Part shown: positions 12,021 through 24,665 of the stretch, piece after piece
How the letters are laid out: every line of letters begins with the position of its first letter
Position numbering within the stretch: the first letter of the stretch is position 1
From: Dendrobates tinctorius
Taxonomy: Eukaryota
Direction of reading: 5' to 3'
Length of the DNA: 64,000 nucleotides
NCBI RefSeq assembly: GCF_039654945.1
Contig: NW_027361806.1
Location: 3,596,001-3,660,000 of the forward strand
Made by a program: the position numbers and the translations under genes
The notes under the pieces: model-generated
Told to the model about the DNA's origin: nothing
Databases searched by the model: none
What the model saw: the letters and a program-made list of their open reading frames with translations, nothing else

Positions 12021-13600
12021 GTAAGCCACCCTCCACAGCTCCTCCAGACAAGTTAGACCCTCGATCTCTGCTTCCGGAGCCAAAGAACGAAAACGATCCC
12101 ACTGCGAATGAGAGAGAGAGTCAGCTATCTCGTTCCTCACGCCGGGCACGTGCGTCGCGGTTACATGGGCATTCAAAGACAAACACAATAGCACCAATTG
12201 CTGTAAAACTCGAACAACTGGAGGGGATGACGCAGTAAGACCACTAATCGCGCTCATAACGCCCATGTTGTCGCAATTAAAATGAACACGCCGGTTCCTG
12301 AAATCCTGCCCCCACAAATGCACCGCCACTAGTATCAGAAAAATCTCCAACAACATGATGTTGCGCACCATAGCGGCCGAAACCCACGTGTCAGGCCATT
12401 GAGCCGCACACCATTTCCCTCTGAGATAGGCGCCAAAAACAATCCCGCCAGCCGCGGCCGTAAACAAATCCAATGCATCGTTACCTACCACCTCCGCCAT
12501 TACCAAAGAGCGACCGTTGTACTCCTCCAAAAAGGACTCCCAGACCGCCAAATCGGCCCTGAGCTCCGATGACAACCTAACAAAATGGTGGGGAGCCAGA
12601 ATCCCCGCAGTAGCGCTAGCCAGCCTACGCGAAAAAACGCGACCCATCGGCATAACCCGACAAGCGAAGTTAAGCTTCCCCAACAGTGACTGAAGATCTC
12701 GCAACAATATTTTCCTCAAACGACGCGCTCGGACCACTTCAGACCTCAAATCCACTAGCTTGTCCTCAGGTAACCTGAATTCCCATTCAACTGTATCGAT
12801 GACGATCCCCAGAAAACGCAAACACATGCTAGGGCCCTCTGTTTTTCCGAACGCCAACGGGACACCGAAACGATCAGCCACACACTCAATGGCTTTCAAA
12901 ATCCTGAAACAACACCACGAATCCACTGGACCAACACACAAAAAGTCGTCCAAATAATGAATAACCGAGTCGAAACCGGAAACGTCGCACACGACTCACT
13001 CGAGAAAGGAACTAAACGCCTCAAAATACGCACAGGACAACGAACAACCCATAGGTAAACACCTATCCACAAAAAAACCTGCCTTCCCAAAAACAGCCCA
13101 GCAGCTTCACGCTTTCGGGGTGAACCGGTAATAGACGAAAAGCGGATTCGACATCAGTTTTTGCCATAAGGGCACCGCGACCACATTTTCGCACCCACTG
13201 AGCCGCCTCGTCAAACGAAGAGTATACCACCGAACAAATCTCCGGATCAATGCCATCGTTAACCGACCTCCCACGTGGGTAGGACAAATGTTGAATGAGC
13301 CGTAACCACCCCCAAAGGGGAAACCACCAAATCTGGAAAAGGAGGGGAAACGAAAGGGCCAGCCATGCGGCCCAACAAAACTTCCTTTCTGAGTTTCTCA
13401 GAAACAACTGCGGAATGCTCCAAGGCTGAGCGCAAATTTTTTAAAACTAACAGGATTTCAAACGGAGGACCCGGAATGCGAAAACCCTCCTTAAAACCCG
13501 TATACAACAACCCCGTTCTTTCCCTATCCGGGTACCTATTTAGATAGGGAACCATCCTTTCCAGATTCACTGGAGTCTCCCCCTTGCGAATTTCCACCCC
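12003..13600 (-). pseudogene. Ngaro RT/RNase H, frameshifted
   Basis: GFKEGFRIP, RLIQHLSYP, AKTDVESAFRLLPVHP, HYLDDFL, FLGIVIDT, LLGKLNFAC, CDNMGV and HVPGVRNEIADSLS, spread over three frames. Confidence 0.9.
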
Positions 13601-13643
13601 CAGCTCTGGACTTCCCTTTCTTGAAACACTTTGACGCTCCATG

Positions 13644-15532
13644 TCAGGCGCCATTACAATTAGAGCAGAGGTGTTTGAATTTACAATTCGCCCCGAACTT
13701 ACACTGGCCGTCATTAAACTGCCAGCACACCCCCGCCTTGTGCGTTCCTGTCTGCCCTTGACCTCTGCCACCCGTAGAGCTGGAGTTGCCGCTACTCTGG
13801 CTGGTGCTTCCAGCCCCCCCATGAAAGGAGCTTCCAAACTTATTTTGAGCTATCACGCGCATCCACAATCCAATATCTTTTTGGTCCCAGCGAATAGCCG
13901 GACGCACAGCCTTCCTCTGACGGAATTGCTCATCGTACCTCAGCCACGCCTGACCGCCATACACTCTGTAAGCCTCCCCTATAGCGTCCAGATAACAAAA
14001 CAGCGCTGAGCAATTGTCAGGGGCCTTTTCCCCAATAACGCTTGCCAAAATGGCAAAAGCTTGTTGCCAATTCACAAATGTCTGAGGAATCAAACGCCAC
14101 CTGCACTTTTCCTCCTCCTCCTTCTTGCTATCCTCTTTCTTGCTTTTGTCTAAATTAAACTTCTCAAGAGGCAGCAACGAAAATATTTCCACATAGTCAT
14201 CCTTCCAAATCCGCTCGTTCACCTCTTTTTTTAAGTGAGCCCCCAACGAACCTTCAAAGCACACGTACACCTCTCCATGCGCCCGATCATCTAAATGCAC
14301 GCGACACTCCTTCTCTTTTTCGGTTTGTATCAACAGAGATACTGGCTCGCCAGAGCGGGGGCCCGGCTCTAGACCGCTCTGACCAGATGACCCCCCAACC
14401 TGCGACCCAACCCACGCTGCTACCGGCGATGACCCGACAAAGCCCCACTCCAAGCGTGACAGCAAACTACGCACATCCGCAAGCAAAACACACACTCCCC
14501 TAGCAGAACATAGACCGCTCAACCCAGCCCCCACCCCAACACCACTAGGTTCAGCCAAGGGCCCCCTTTCCACCACTGAGGAAGACAAAAGCGGGTGACA
14601 AACAGGGGACATGGACACATACTCACAGGGCTGCGAGGGGGCTGTGTGCCCTCCAGCCGGAAAGCCTGGATCCCCCGAAGCCTCGCGGACCTCGTGACTC
14701 ACGGTAGTGGACTCGCTGCCGCGTTGCTGGCCCCCGAAAATCCCCGCAGTGAGGACTGGGGTGGGAGGCCTGAACCCCTGGAGTGAACCAGGCAGCGGTA
14801 CCCCAAAAGCTGAAGCCTCCTGGCTCCCCCCGCCGGCGGCTCCTGGCGGTGTGCCGTCCTGTCGCACCCGGGCGTCCTGGGCCCCCCACGAAAGCTGGGA
14901 GCCCGAAATCGTCCTCCTGTCTCCTACGCTTCTTGCAGCAGGCACCAACCCCGCCATGCTGCCTGGCACTCCCGCTGCAGCCCCAGAGCTGGAAGTTCTG
15001 GTCGCCGTTTCTGAGGCAGGCACAGCTGAGGGGCCTGCGCAGCGGCGCCCCCCCCGCCGAAAACAATGCCCCCACACCGCTGGGGGACGATGAAGCAGGC
15101 CCTCGGAGCTGGGGAGGCAGGCCGCGCGGCGTGCCTGTCACCGCCGCGGCCCCCCGAAGGAGCAGGGGAAGTGTGATGCCCGGCGCGTGCTGGCTCCGCC
15201 CCCCTCCTGAACCGAGGTGGAGGCCCAGACACCGCCGCAGGGCCTCGCTGCACCCGAGGATTCCTCCCAGGCCGCGACACACAGGAAGGGGGAGTGAGCG
15301 TCGCGCGACCTGGAGGGTCCCGGGAGGGGCTCCTGCGGCGACGCGAGGCCCGGGGAGCGGTGTCGGGTGAGAGCCGTTCCGGAGGCCTCACCCGCCTTGA
15401 TCTGCTCTCCCTTCCATCGGCCTGCCCAGAGGTACCTGGAAGCAGGCCTGCGACTTGTGCCTCCAACCATCCCGGAGGCTGCCCCAGCGCTGCAGCCTGC
15501 AGCCGATCAAGGGTCTCTTCTACTCCTGCCAT
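13644..15532 (-). pseudogene. Ngaro ORF1 (gag-like), frameshifted
   Basis: Starts MAGVEETLDRL at 15532 and shifts frame into the 477-aa ORF with IWKDDYVEIFSLL, WLRYDEQFR and the CWQFNDGQCKFGANCKFKHLC zinc finger. Confidence 0.8.
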
Positions 15533-15991
15533 CCCGGTGAGTGGGTGATACTGCTTTGGAGCTGGGAGAGCGGGAACAGAGGGCGGGAACACCCCCAACC
15601 CTCACCTAAATACCCCCTGGCTCCCCCTCCCTGTTAACTCCTCAAGCCATTAAACCCTCCACCCCCCACCCCCCCCCCCGTCATGATGGCCTCCGCCCAC
15701 ACCTCCTATGGGGGGCTGGGAGTCCGGCCATTTCTTGTATGATGTGGCCCCCATGTGACCTCCTGGAGTGCATTCAATAGCTGTTTAGTATCTCTAATGT
15801 GACCTGGTGTCCTCAAAACCAATGGTTGTAGTTTTTGATCTATCCACTCTGAGAGCCTTTCATTAACCCCTCCAATGCCGGCCACTATGGGCCTAAAGGG
15901 TGGAGGGAACACGCCTTTGTGGGTTTTAGGCAAGGTGTTGTAAAACAGCATCCTCAAAAACACAATGAGAAAAAGAAACTAATTTACCTAA

Positions 15992-16545
15992 GGTTATGTT
16001 CACATATTGCACTTTGCACCAGTTTTTTTCTTTGTCTGCAGATTTTATGTCATTCGTCTAAAACACATGATTAACAAAGATAGTTTTATTCACCAAAAAA
16101 CGCATTGTTGCGCTTTTTTTTTCAGCGTTTTTGCACTTTCTCATTGCTTTTCGTGGGTGAAACAAAGCAGCAAAACGCTGAGTTAATCGACATGTTGCAG
16201 ATTTAAAAAAACGCTGAACTTTTCCAATTCAGTCAGAATAAAAAAAAAGTCGGAATTTGAGCACTGCAGCGTTTTCAAAATCTACAACATGTCAATTACT
16301 TCAGTGTTTTTCTGCTTTTTTTCACCCATAAAAAGCAATGAGAAAGTGTGAAAAAAAGGAGCATAACACTTGTGCTGCATTTTTTTTTGGTGAATAAATC
16401 AAACTTTATTAACATGTATTGTAGACAAATCATATGTGTAATCCACATGGAAATTGTGTTTTTCCATGTCGTGTTTTTACTGCCAAGAGCAAAGGTTTTG
16501 TCTGCAGAAAAAAATGCTGGAAACATGCCATGTGTGAATATAGCC
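15992..16545. mobile_element. Harbinger/Tourist-like MITE
   Basis: TAA|GGTTATGTTCACAT...GTGTGAATATAGCC|TAA, with internal inverted symmetry. Confidence 0.7.
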
Positions 16546-16952
16546 TAAAGTGTCCTGCATCTGCTACTAACAGTTTTTTTGAGACTGTCAAAAAATTATG
16601 CATTTTTAAAGTTGAAACTAGCACAGGAAACCTTTTGGTGATTTTTTTTTTATTTTCTGAACTAGTTTTGAACAGTTTTGTTGTTGCAGATTTCTGATTG
16701 GGCAATGTCTAGTTTGGAGTGGATTCTATCAGGAACAGCTTCAAAGAACCAAAATGCGTTCTCTGTTTTCCTAGCAATCGTTTTTCAAAACCTGAAGAGG
16801 AAAAAAATGCATAGAATGCTAAATATATGAACAGCAAAGTGGTTTTACAATTGAAATTAACGGGAAGAGTCTTTCAAACATTTTTTAACAGCGTTTTCAG
16901 TCTTTTTCTTGAGTGAACCCATTCTGTGTGCACATAGACTCCGCTATTTTAA

Positions 16953-17310
16953 AGGGAGTTGTCTGGGACTTTAAAATTGACCTCTCTGTAGGATAGGTCA
17001 TCAATGACTGATGGGTGGGGGTCCAACACTCGGCCGATCATCTGTTCCCGGTGTCGACTGCTCAGTTACAGAGCTGCAGAGCACAACTGTATAGTGGCAG
17101 CGGTTGGTTACTCCACTTCCGCCCCCTATTCAAATCAATAGGGGGATTGTACAGTACTCAACCGCGGCCACTATTCTGTCTACAGAGTTGTTCTGGAACT
17201 CTGCAGTTCCGTCCGCCGCTGACCGACACCGGGAACAGCTGATTGGCAGGGGGGTTCCTGGATGCTGTTCCCCAACCAATCAGACATTTATGACCCTTAT
17301 GACACCCCAT
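16953..17310. mobile_element. Kolobok/T2-type MITE
   Basis: TTAA|AGGGAGTTGTC...GACACCCCAT|TTAA, with the internal inverted pair CTGTTCCCGGTGTC / GACACCGGGAACAG. Confidence 0.6.
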
Positions 17311-17764
17311 TTAATAAATAATGGGGGGATACAGTATTCTACAGAACGCTACCTCTATAAACTCATAATATAGTATCTCCCAACATTTCATAGTTGCATA
17401 GATAGGAAAAAGATACAGATTCTCTAAGTTCTTGTCTGACCAGATTGCCCCCCCAGTTACCTTTACTCGTGTTCCCTGCCGTACCACAGAGCACTGCTGC
17501 GAGGCATCATCCCTTTTTTTTTTTCAAAGACTCCCATGCATCCTTCCTTCCATGCATTTTTCAGGTGCGAGTACAATTGAAGCTCTGATCACCGGCACTT
17601 CCAGGTCAAGGCGATGTCAGCAGCGGGATCAGGTCATATGATCACACTGCTGACGTCACTCCTCGGCACCGCATAGGTGGCAGAGGATTGGTGTGGTAAG
17701 TGATCCAATGGAGCTGAAGACACCAAAGATTTATTGTAATTTAGAGAAGGGGGAAGAATGTTGA

Positions 17765-18270
17765 GGACACAGTTTGGGGAGCATGGGGGTGCAGACACAG
17801 TATGGTGAGCATGGTGGTGCGATGGGTGCAGACACAGTATGGTGAGCATGGTGGTGTGGTGGGTGGAGACACAATATGATGAGCATGGGGGGTGATGGGT
17901 GCAGATACAATATGGAGAGCATAGAGGTGCAATGGGTGCAGACACAGTATGGGGATCATGGGGATGTGATGAATGTAGACACAGTATGGGGAGCATGGGG
18001 GTGCGATGGGTGCAGACACAGTATGGAGAGCATGGGGGTGTGATGGGTGCAGACACAGTATGGGGAGCGAGGGGGGATCGGTGCAGATACAGTACGGGGA
18101 GCAAAAGGGTTAGAAATTAGAGGATGGTATGGGGAGTGAGAGAGTAAATTTGAGGACACGGTATGGGGAGCAAGGGGGCGGATTGTGTGCGGAGACAGTA
18201 TGGGGAGCGAAGGGGGATGTATGTGAGCACAGTATGAGTATTGAGGGGGAGATGGGTGCCGACACAGTAT
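17765..18270. repeat. ~38-40 bp purine-rich minisatellite (GCAGACACAGTATGGGGAGCATGGGGG...)
   Basis: About a dozen degenerate tandem units. Confidence 0.8.
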
Positions 18271-20493
18271 GGCATGTCCAATTGATATGCAATTGACATG
18301 CAGTATGCTATATCCAATTAATATGCAACTGAGGCTGAAGAGCTATGGGAGATCTGAAACCTCTTTCACTCCAGCTCTATTCCCTACCCAGCGCCCATTT
18401 CTCCTGATTGACTGATGACTCATTTGCTTGAAGTTACACAACATAGAGGCTCGTAGTCAAGTAGGAGTAGGCAGTGCTGGGCGGGGAATAAAACTTGAGT
18501 GACAGAGGCTTCAGAACTACCATAGTCCTTCAGCCTCATTGGCAAATCAATTCAAACACTGATTTCTCAGTAACAGAGGAATGGGACCGGCCATGTAAAG
18601 GTATTACTGGACTTGTCTTTGAAAGTGCTACATGCACATATAAATAGATTTGGGGGGAGAAATCCTTTTGGCAGATTCCCTGTAAGGATAGGGCTTGCAA
18701 TAGGCAGAATTCTTATGGACTCTTTTGTGCGGCACAATACAGTTTTTTCAGCAGCACTCAGGCATAGAGAGCACATGCACTCAGGTCCTGATTCATTAAG
18801 ACTGGCATTGTATACGCCAGTCTTATTGAAGGTGCGTTGCAGAGTAGGATGCACTGAATTTATTTACAGGCGCACGCCATTTAATTAATTTGGCACCTCT
18901 TCTCAGTGGTGTGCACCTCCATGCATCTTGCTAGAAATGCTACTCCACTCAATGCTACGCCATAACTTTTGATGAACTCTCTAGGCAAACACTGCCACAC
19001 TCCATTCCTTTTCTTTGGTGATGGCTTAAAAATGCCAAAAATCACAAAAAAATTTGCATGACTTTGCTAAAACATGTTGCAAATTTTTTAAGGTGCTCAT
19101 GACAGTTTTCTACCGGAGATAGATAAATCGTCCCCTCGGGCTTTTAAGAAAAGAGAAAAATGTGATCTTCAGAGAAAAAGAAACAAAAAAAGTTTATGCA
19201 TAAAAAGTTAAGAAAAATAAGTCTTGTACTTAAATAACAGGTTTAGGAACCAGATCTGTGACCACCAGTGATCTGTGATTCTGATAAATCTTCAGCTGGC
19301 AGGAGACGATCACAAGGTGAAGTTTTAGAACTTCATTATCCTAATGTCATCACTGCAGGGGCAATGCCCCCATATCCACCATCAACCCTCACCTACTCAC
19401 CCGAAATGTCACCATTTTTAAATATATTTGTATTTCCACTGATACCCAATGGGAACACAAGAAGAGAGGGTAACACAGCCAACCAAATAAAAGTGCAGTA
19501 AACTGGTATATGGGTTTACCCAGTCCTTCACCAATTGGTAGTGTACAATACTACATCATATTCCTAAAAGATGTATCATACCCTTATCACATCAGAATGG
19601 CATATACTATTACTGCCCAGAATAGTCTACGAATTGCATTAGATAAATTTACACTCCACCCGGTGGTCATACTGAGTATTGCAGGTACTTACATTATTTT
19701 ATTTATTATTTTTCTTATTTAGGAATTAATTTTGGAAAATAACATATTTCACTTTTTTTTAAATAATTCACCATAAAAATTTGAAAAAATGTTTATTTAG
19801 AGGGGTAGTCATAGACATAATGATTAATTTAGAGGTCTCCCCAGTAAATTATATTATTATAATGGTGGGACTTTTACCCGCAGGTATGTACATTTTCCTG
19901 TTGAAAAAAGATCTATCATCCAAGAGCAAAGTCCTGATATCTCAGCTCAGCAGTTGAGGGCGGGCGAGGCTGACGGAGATACAATAAGGAGTCTATAGAG
20001 ATTTCACAGGATGTTTGCAGAATGACGTTATGGGATTGTGTCTCTCTGTAGTGATTTATCAGTCGCATTCTTTTGCTCTTTTCTAAGGTCTCCGACTGAT
20101 TGATTACAACCAGAAGGGTTAATGCGGCAGCGCTGACGGCCAATATTAACCCCATCGCGGGGAATATATGACCCATAAATGCCCCAATGCAGACGATATG
20201 TACCTTAGGCCGCGGTCACACTTGCGAGAAACTCGCACGAGTCTCGCACCCAGCGTCGGACTGGAACACCTTGGGCCCACCAAAGAAAATCATTCTTGGC
20301 GCCCACTATGTAGCTACATAGAAATAAATACAAGACCACCAATTGTGCGGTAAAACACGCTGATATCCGGGTATAATATAAGGTTGTACATGTCTTAATT
20401 ATGTAGCAGGAGTTGGGGTAGCCTCCCTCATAGAATATAAAGCAGCCCCCTCACATAGTATAATGCAGCCATCTCATAGAATATAATGCAGCC

Positions 20494-22212
20494 NNNNNNN
20501 NNNNNNNNNNNNNNNNNNNNNNNNNNNNNNNNNNNNNNNNNNNNNNNNNNNNNNNNNNNNNNNNNNNNNNNNNNNNNNNNNNNNNNNNNNNNNNNNNNNN
20601 NNNNNNNNNNNNNNNNNNNNNNNNNNNNNNNNNNNNNNNNATGAATAAATAGATATAGAGATAGATAGATATAGATATAGAGATAGATGGCTATAGATAG
20701 AANNNNNNNNNNNNNNNNNNNNNNNNNNNNNNNNNNNNNNNNNNNNNNNNNNNNNNNNNNNNNNNNNNNNNNNNNNNNNNNNNNNNNNNNNNNNNNNNNN
20801 NNNNNNNNNNNNNNNNNNNNNNNNNNNNNNNNNNNNNNNNNNNNNNNNNNNNNNNNNNNNNNNNNNNNNNNNNNNNNNNNNNNNNNNNNNNNNNNNNNNN
20901 NNNNNNNNNNNNNNNNNNNNNNNNNNNNNNNNNNNNNNNNNNNNNNNNNNNNNNNNNNNNNNNNNNNNNNNNNNNNNNNNNNNNNNNNNNNNNNNNNNNN
21001 NNNNNNNNNNNNNNNNNNNNNNNNNNNNNNNNNNNNNNNNNNNNNNNNNNNNNNNNNNNNNNNNNTCTTTATCTATCTATCTCTCTCTACATCTATCTCT
21101 ATATCTATCTATCTATCTCTATATCTAAGATAGCAAAAAGCAAAGAAATCGCGGACAGCACCGCTATTACTGTGTGTACTCAGTTGGTGTGCGGCATTCG
21201 GAGCGCTGGTGACAGGCAGCTTCAGGTGTTTGACCTGGAAATCCACTATGCTGTATACGTCCAAAGAGAAAGTTCGCACTCAACGAGATGATGAAATAAT
21301 AGCAGGTTTATTGGCACATGAATTGCATGCCGGCCGGGGAAGTGATATCGGGAGTGGAGAAAGAGCTGACAATGGCCGTTTCGCGCTATCTACGGGTGAC
21401 CCGTTGAAGCGCTTGGACAGCGCGAAACGGCCGTTGTCAGCTCTTTCTCCACTCCCGATATCACTTCCCCGGCCGGCATGCAATTCATGTGCCAATAAAC
21501 CTGCTATTATTTCATCATCTCGTTGAGTGCGACCTTTCTCTTTGGACGTAGATAGATAGATAGATAGCTATAGAGATAGATAGATAAATTGAGAGAGATA
21601 GATATAGAGATAGATATAGAGATAGATAGATTTGGGANNNNNNNNNNNNNNNNNNNNNNNNNNNNNNNNNNNNNNNNNNNNNNNNNNNNNNNNNNNNNNN
21701 NNNNNNNNNNNNNNNNNNNNNNNNNNNNNNNNNNNNNNNNNNNNNNNNNNNNNNNNNNNNNNNNNNNNNNNNNNNNNNNNNNNNNNNNNNNNNNNNNNNN
21801 NNNNNNNNNNNNNNNNNNNNNNNNNNNNNNNNNNNTAGCTAGATATAGATAGATATATAGATATAGATAAATAGATAGATAGATAGATAGATAGAGATAG
21901 ATAGATATAGAAATAGTCTATCGATCTATCTTTCTATCTATAGCCATCTATCTCTATATCTATCTTTATAACTATTTATCCATTATCTGTCTTCTATCTA
22001 TCTACAGTATATATCTATCTATCCATCTATCCAAAGATCTAGCTATTTATCCCATATCTATCTATCTATCTATTTATCTCTATATCTATCTAATCTATCT
22101 TTATATCTATCTCTATATATTTCTATATCTAAGATAGAGATAGATAAATAGATAGATAGATATAGAGATATATATAGATAGATATAGAAATAGATATATA
22201 TAGAGATAGATA
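20494..22212. repeat. (GATA)n/(TATC)n low-complexity tract with three N runs
   Basis: Ns at 20494-20640, 20703-21065 and 21638-21835, surrounded by GATA/TATC repeats. The tract resumes at 23848-23910. Confidence 0.9.
21134..21549. mobile_element. Second fold-back Penelope-like insertion
   Basis: Inverted arms at about 21256-21390 and 21415-21550, a hammerhead-like centre, and AATAAA and TGAGTGCG in each arm. Possible AGATAG TSD within the GATA tract. Confidence 0.65.
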
Positions 22213-23847
<1,635 letters not shown>

Positions 23848-24665
23848 TAGATAGAGATAGATAGATATAGAGAAAGAGATAGATATATAGATAGATAGAT
23901 ATAGAGATATAAAAACATATCATAATACTCACCTCTCCTCCTCGCTCCCACGCTGATCCCGGCTTCAGTGTCAGGAGCTGCCCCGTCTGCCAGACTCACA
24001 GCAGGTGCACGATGAAGTGACGTCATCGCACACCGACTGTTAGTCATAAGCAGAGGGGATTGATGGGAGAGAGAGCGTCATCTGATGCTCTCGCTCCCAT
24101 TACAATTGAGGGCAGTGCCGACCCTCACTTACTGCCGCATAGCGGCTGCCCAGGCTGGGGGCGGGACCCCTGGGGGAGTGCGGAGTGGAGACCAAGGGTG
24201 AAATGATATTCACTGCTTCCCACACCCATGTGGGCGTGGGAAGCAGTGAATATTCATTTCTCTTTAGCAGCGGGGACAGGGGCTCCTGCCTCCTGTCACC
24301 CGCTGCTGCTCAGCTGGCAGGGGCCCCCATAGCAGCTGCGTGGTGTGCCGCTATTAGCGACACACCACTGGCTGGGGGCCCCTGGAGCAGCGGGGGCCCT
24401 AGGCAACTGCTGGCCCTGTATGCCAGCAGGTGCCAGGGCCCACCGGATGCCAGGGCCCACCGGAGAATCCTCTGGTTCTCCGGTGTGCCAGTCCGACCCT
24501 GCTCGCACCTCAATACCCAGCACTGCCGCCGGCACTTGGAGCCGGAGCGTTCAACTGCGTAGAAATACATGCAGCCGCACACTCCAGTCCCAAGTGCCGG
24601 TGGTAGTGCTGGGAATTGAGATGCGAGCCTCGTGCGAGTTTCTCACAAGTGTGACCCCGGCCTTA

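Larger units (their letters stand above)
10066..15735 (-). mobile_element. Ngaro-type (DIRS order) tyrosine-recombinase retrotransposon, full length but decayed
   Basis: Contains gag-like ORF1, RT/RNase H, YR and SGNH hydrolase in that order. The ends are defined by restoring the host PLE frame (..P-H-H-T|W-I-T-C-D..). There is no TSD; a CA dinucleotide is shared at both junctions. Confidence 0.9.
6841..15963 (-). mobile_element. Penelope-like retroelement (RT + GIY-YIG remnant), 5'-truncated, split by CR1, Ngaro and MITE insertions
   Basis: Collinear minus-strand pieces: 15963-15736 (LPKTHK..PPFRPIVAG..HIRDT), 10065-9712 (WITCDVVALYSCIPH..GCPMG..FSPTLANLYM..RYIDD), ~8000-7728 (FLDV..FRKETSGNAILHAESCHP..RAKRTCS) and 7542-7342 (EHI..SKHF..GIERV..REAFWI). 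These are followed by a hammerhead, AATAAA and a GTGCCGGA-type end near 6841. Confidence 0.88.

Noticed and set aside
14707-15370. Plus-strand ORFs opposite Ngaro ORF1
   Set aside because: Antisense shadows of GC-rich coding sequence.
19916-20176. 86-aa ORF with a hydrophobic N-terminus
   Set aside because: No family motif or supporting gene structure; probably a chance ORF.
20687-21852. ORFs made of X residues
   Set aside because: Artefacts of the N runs.
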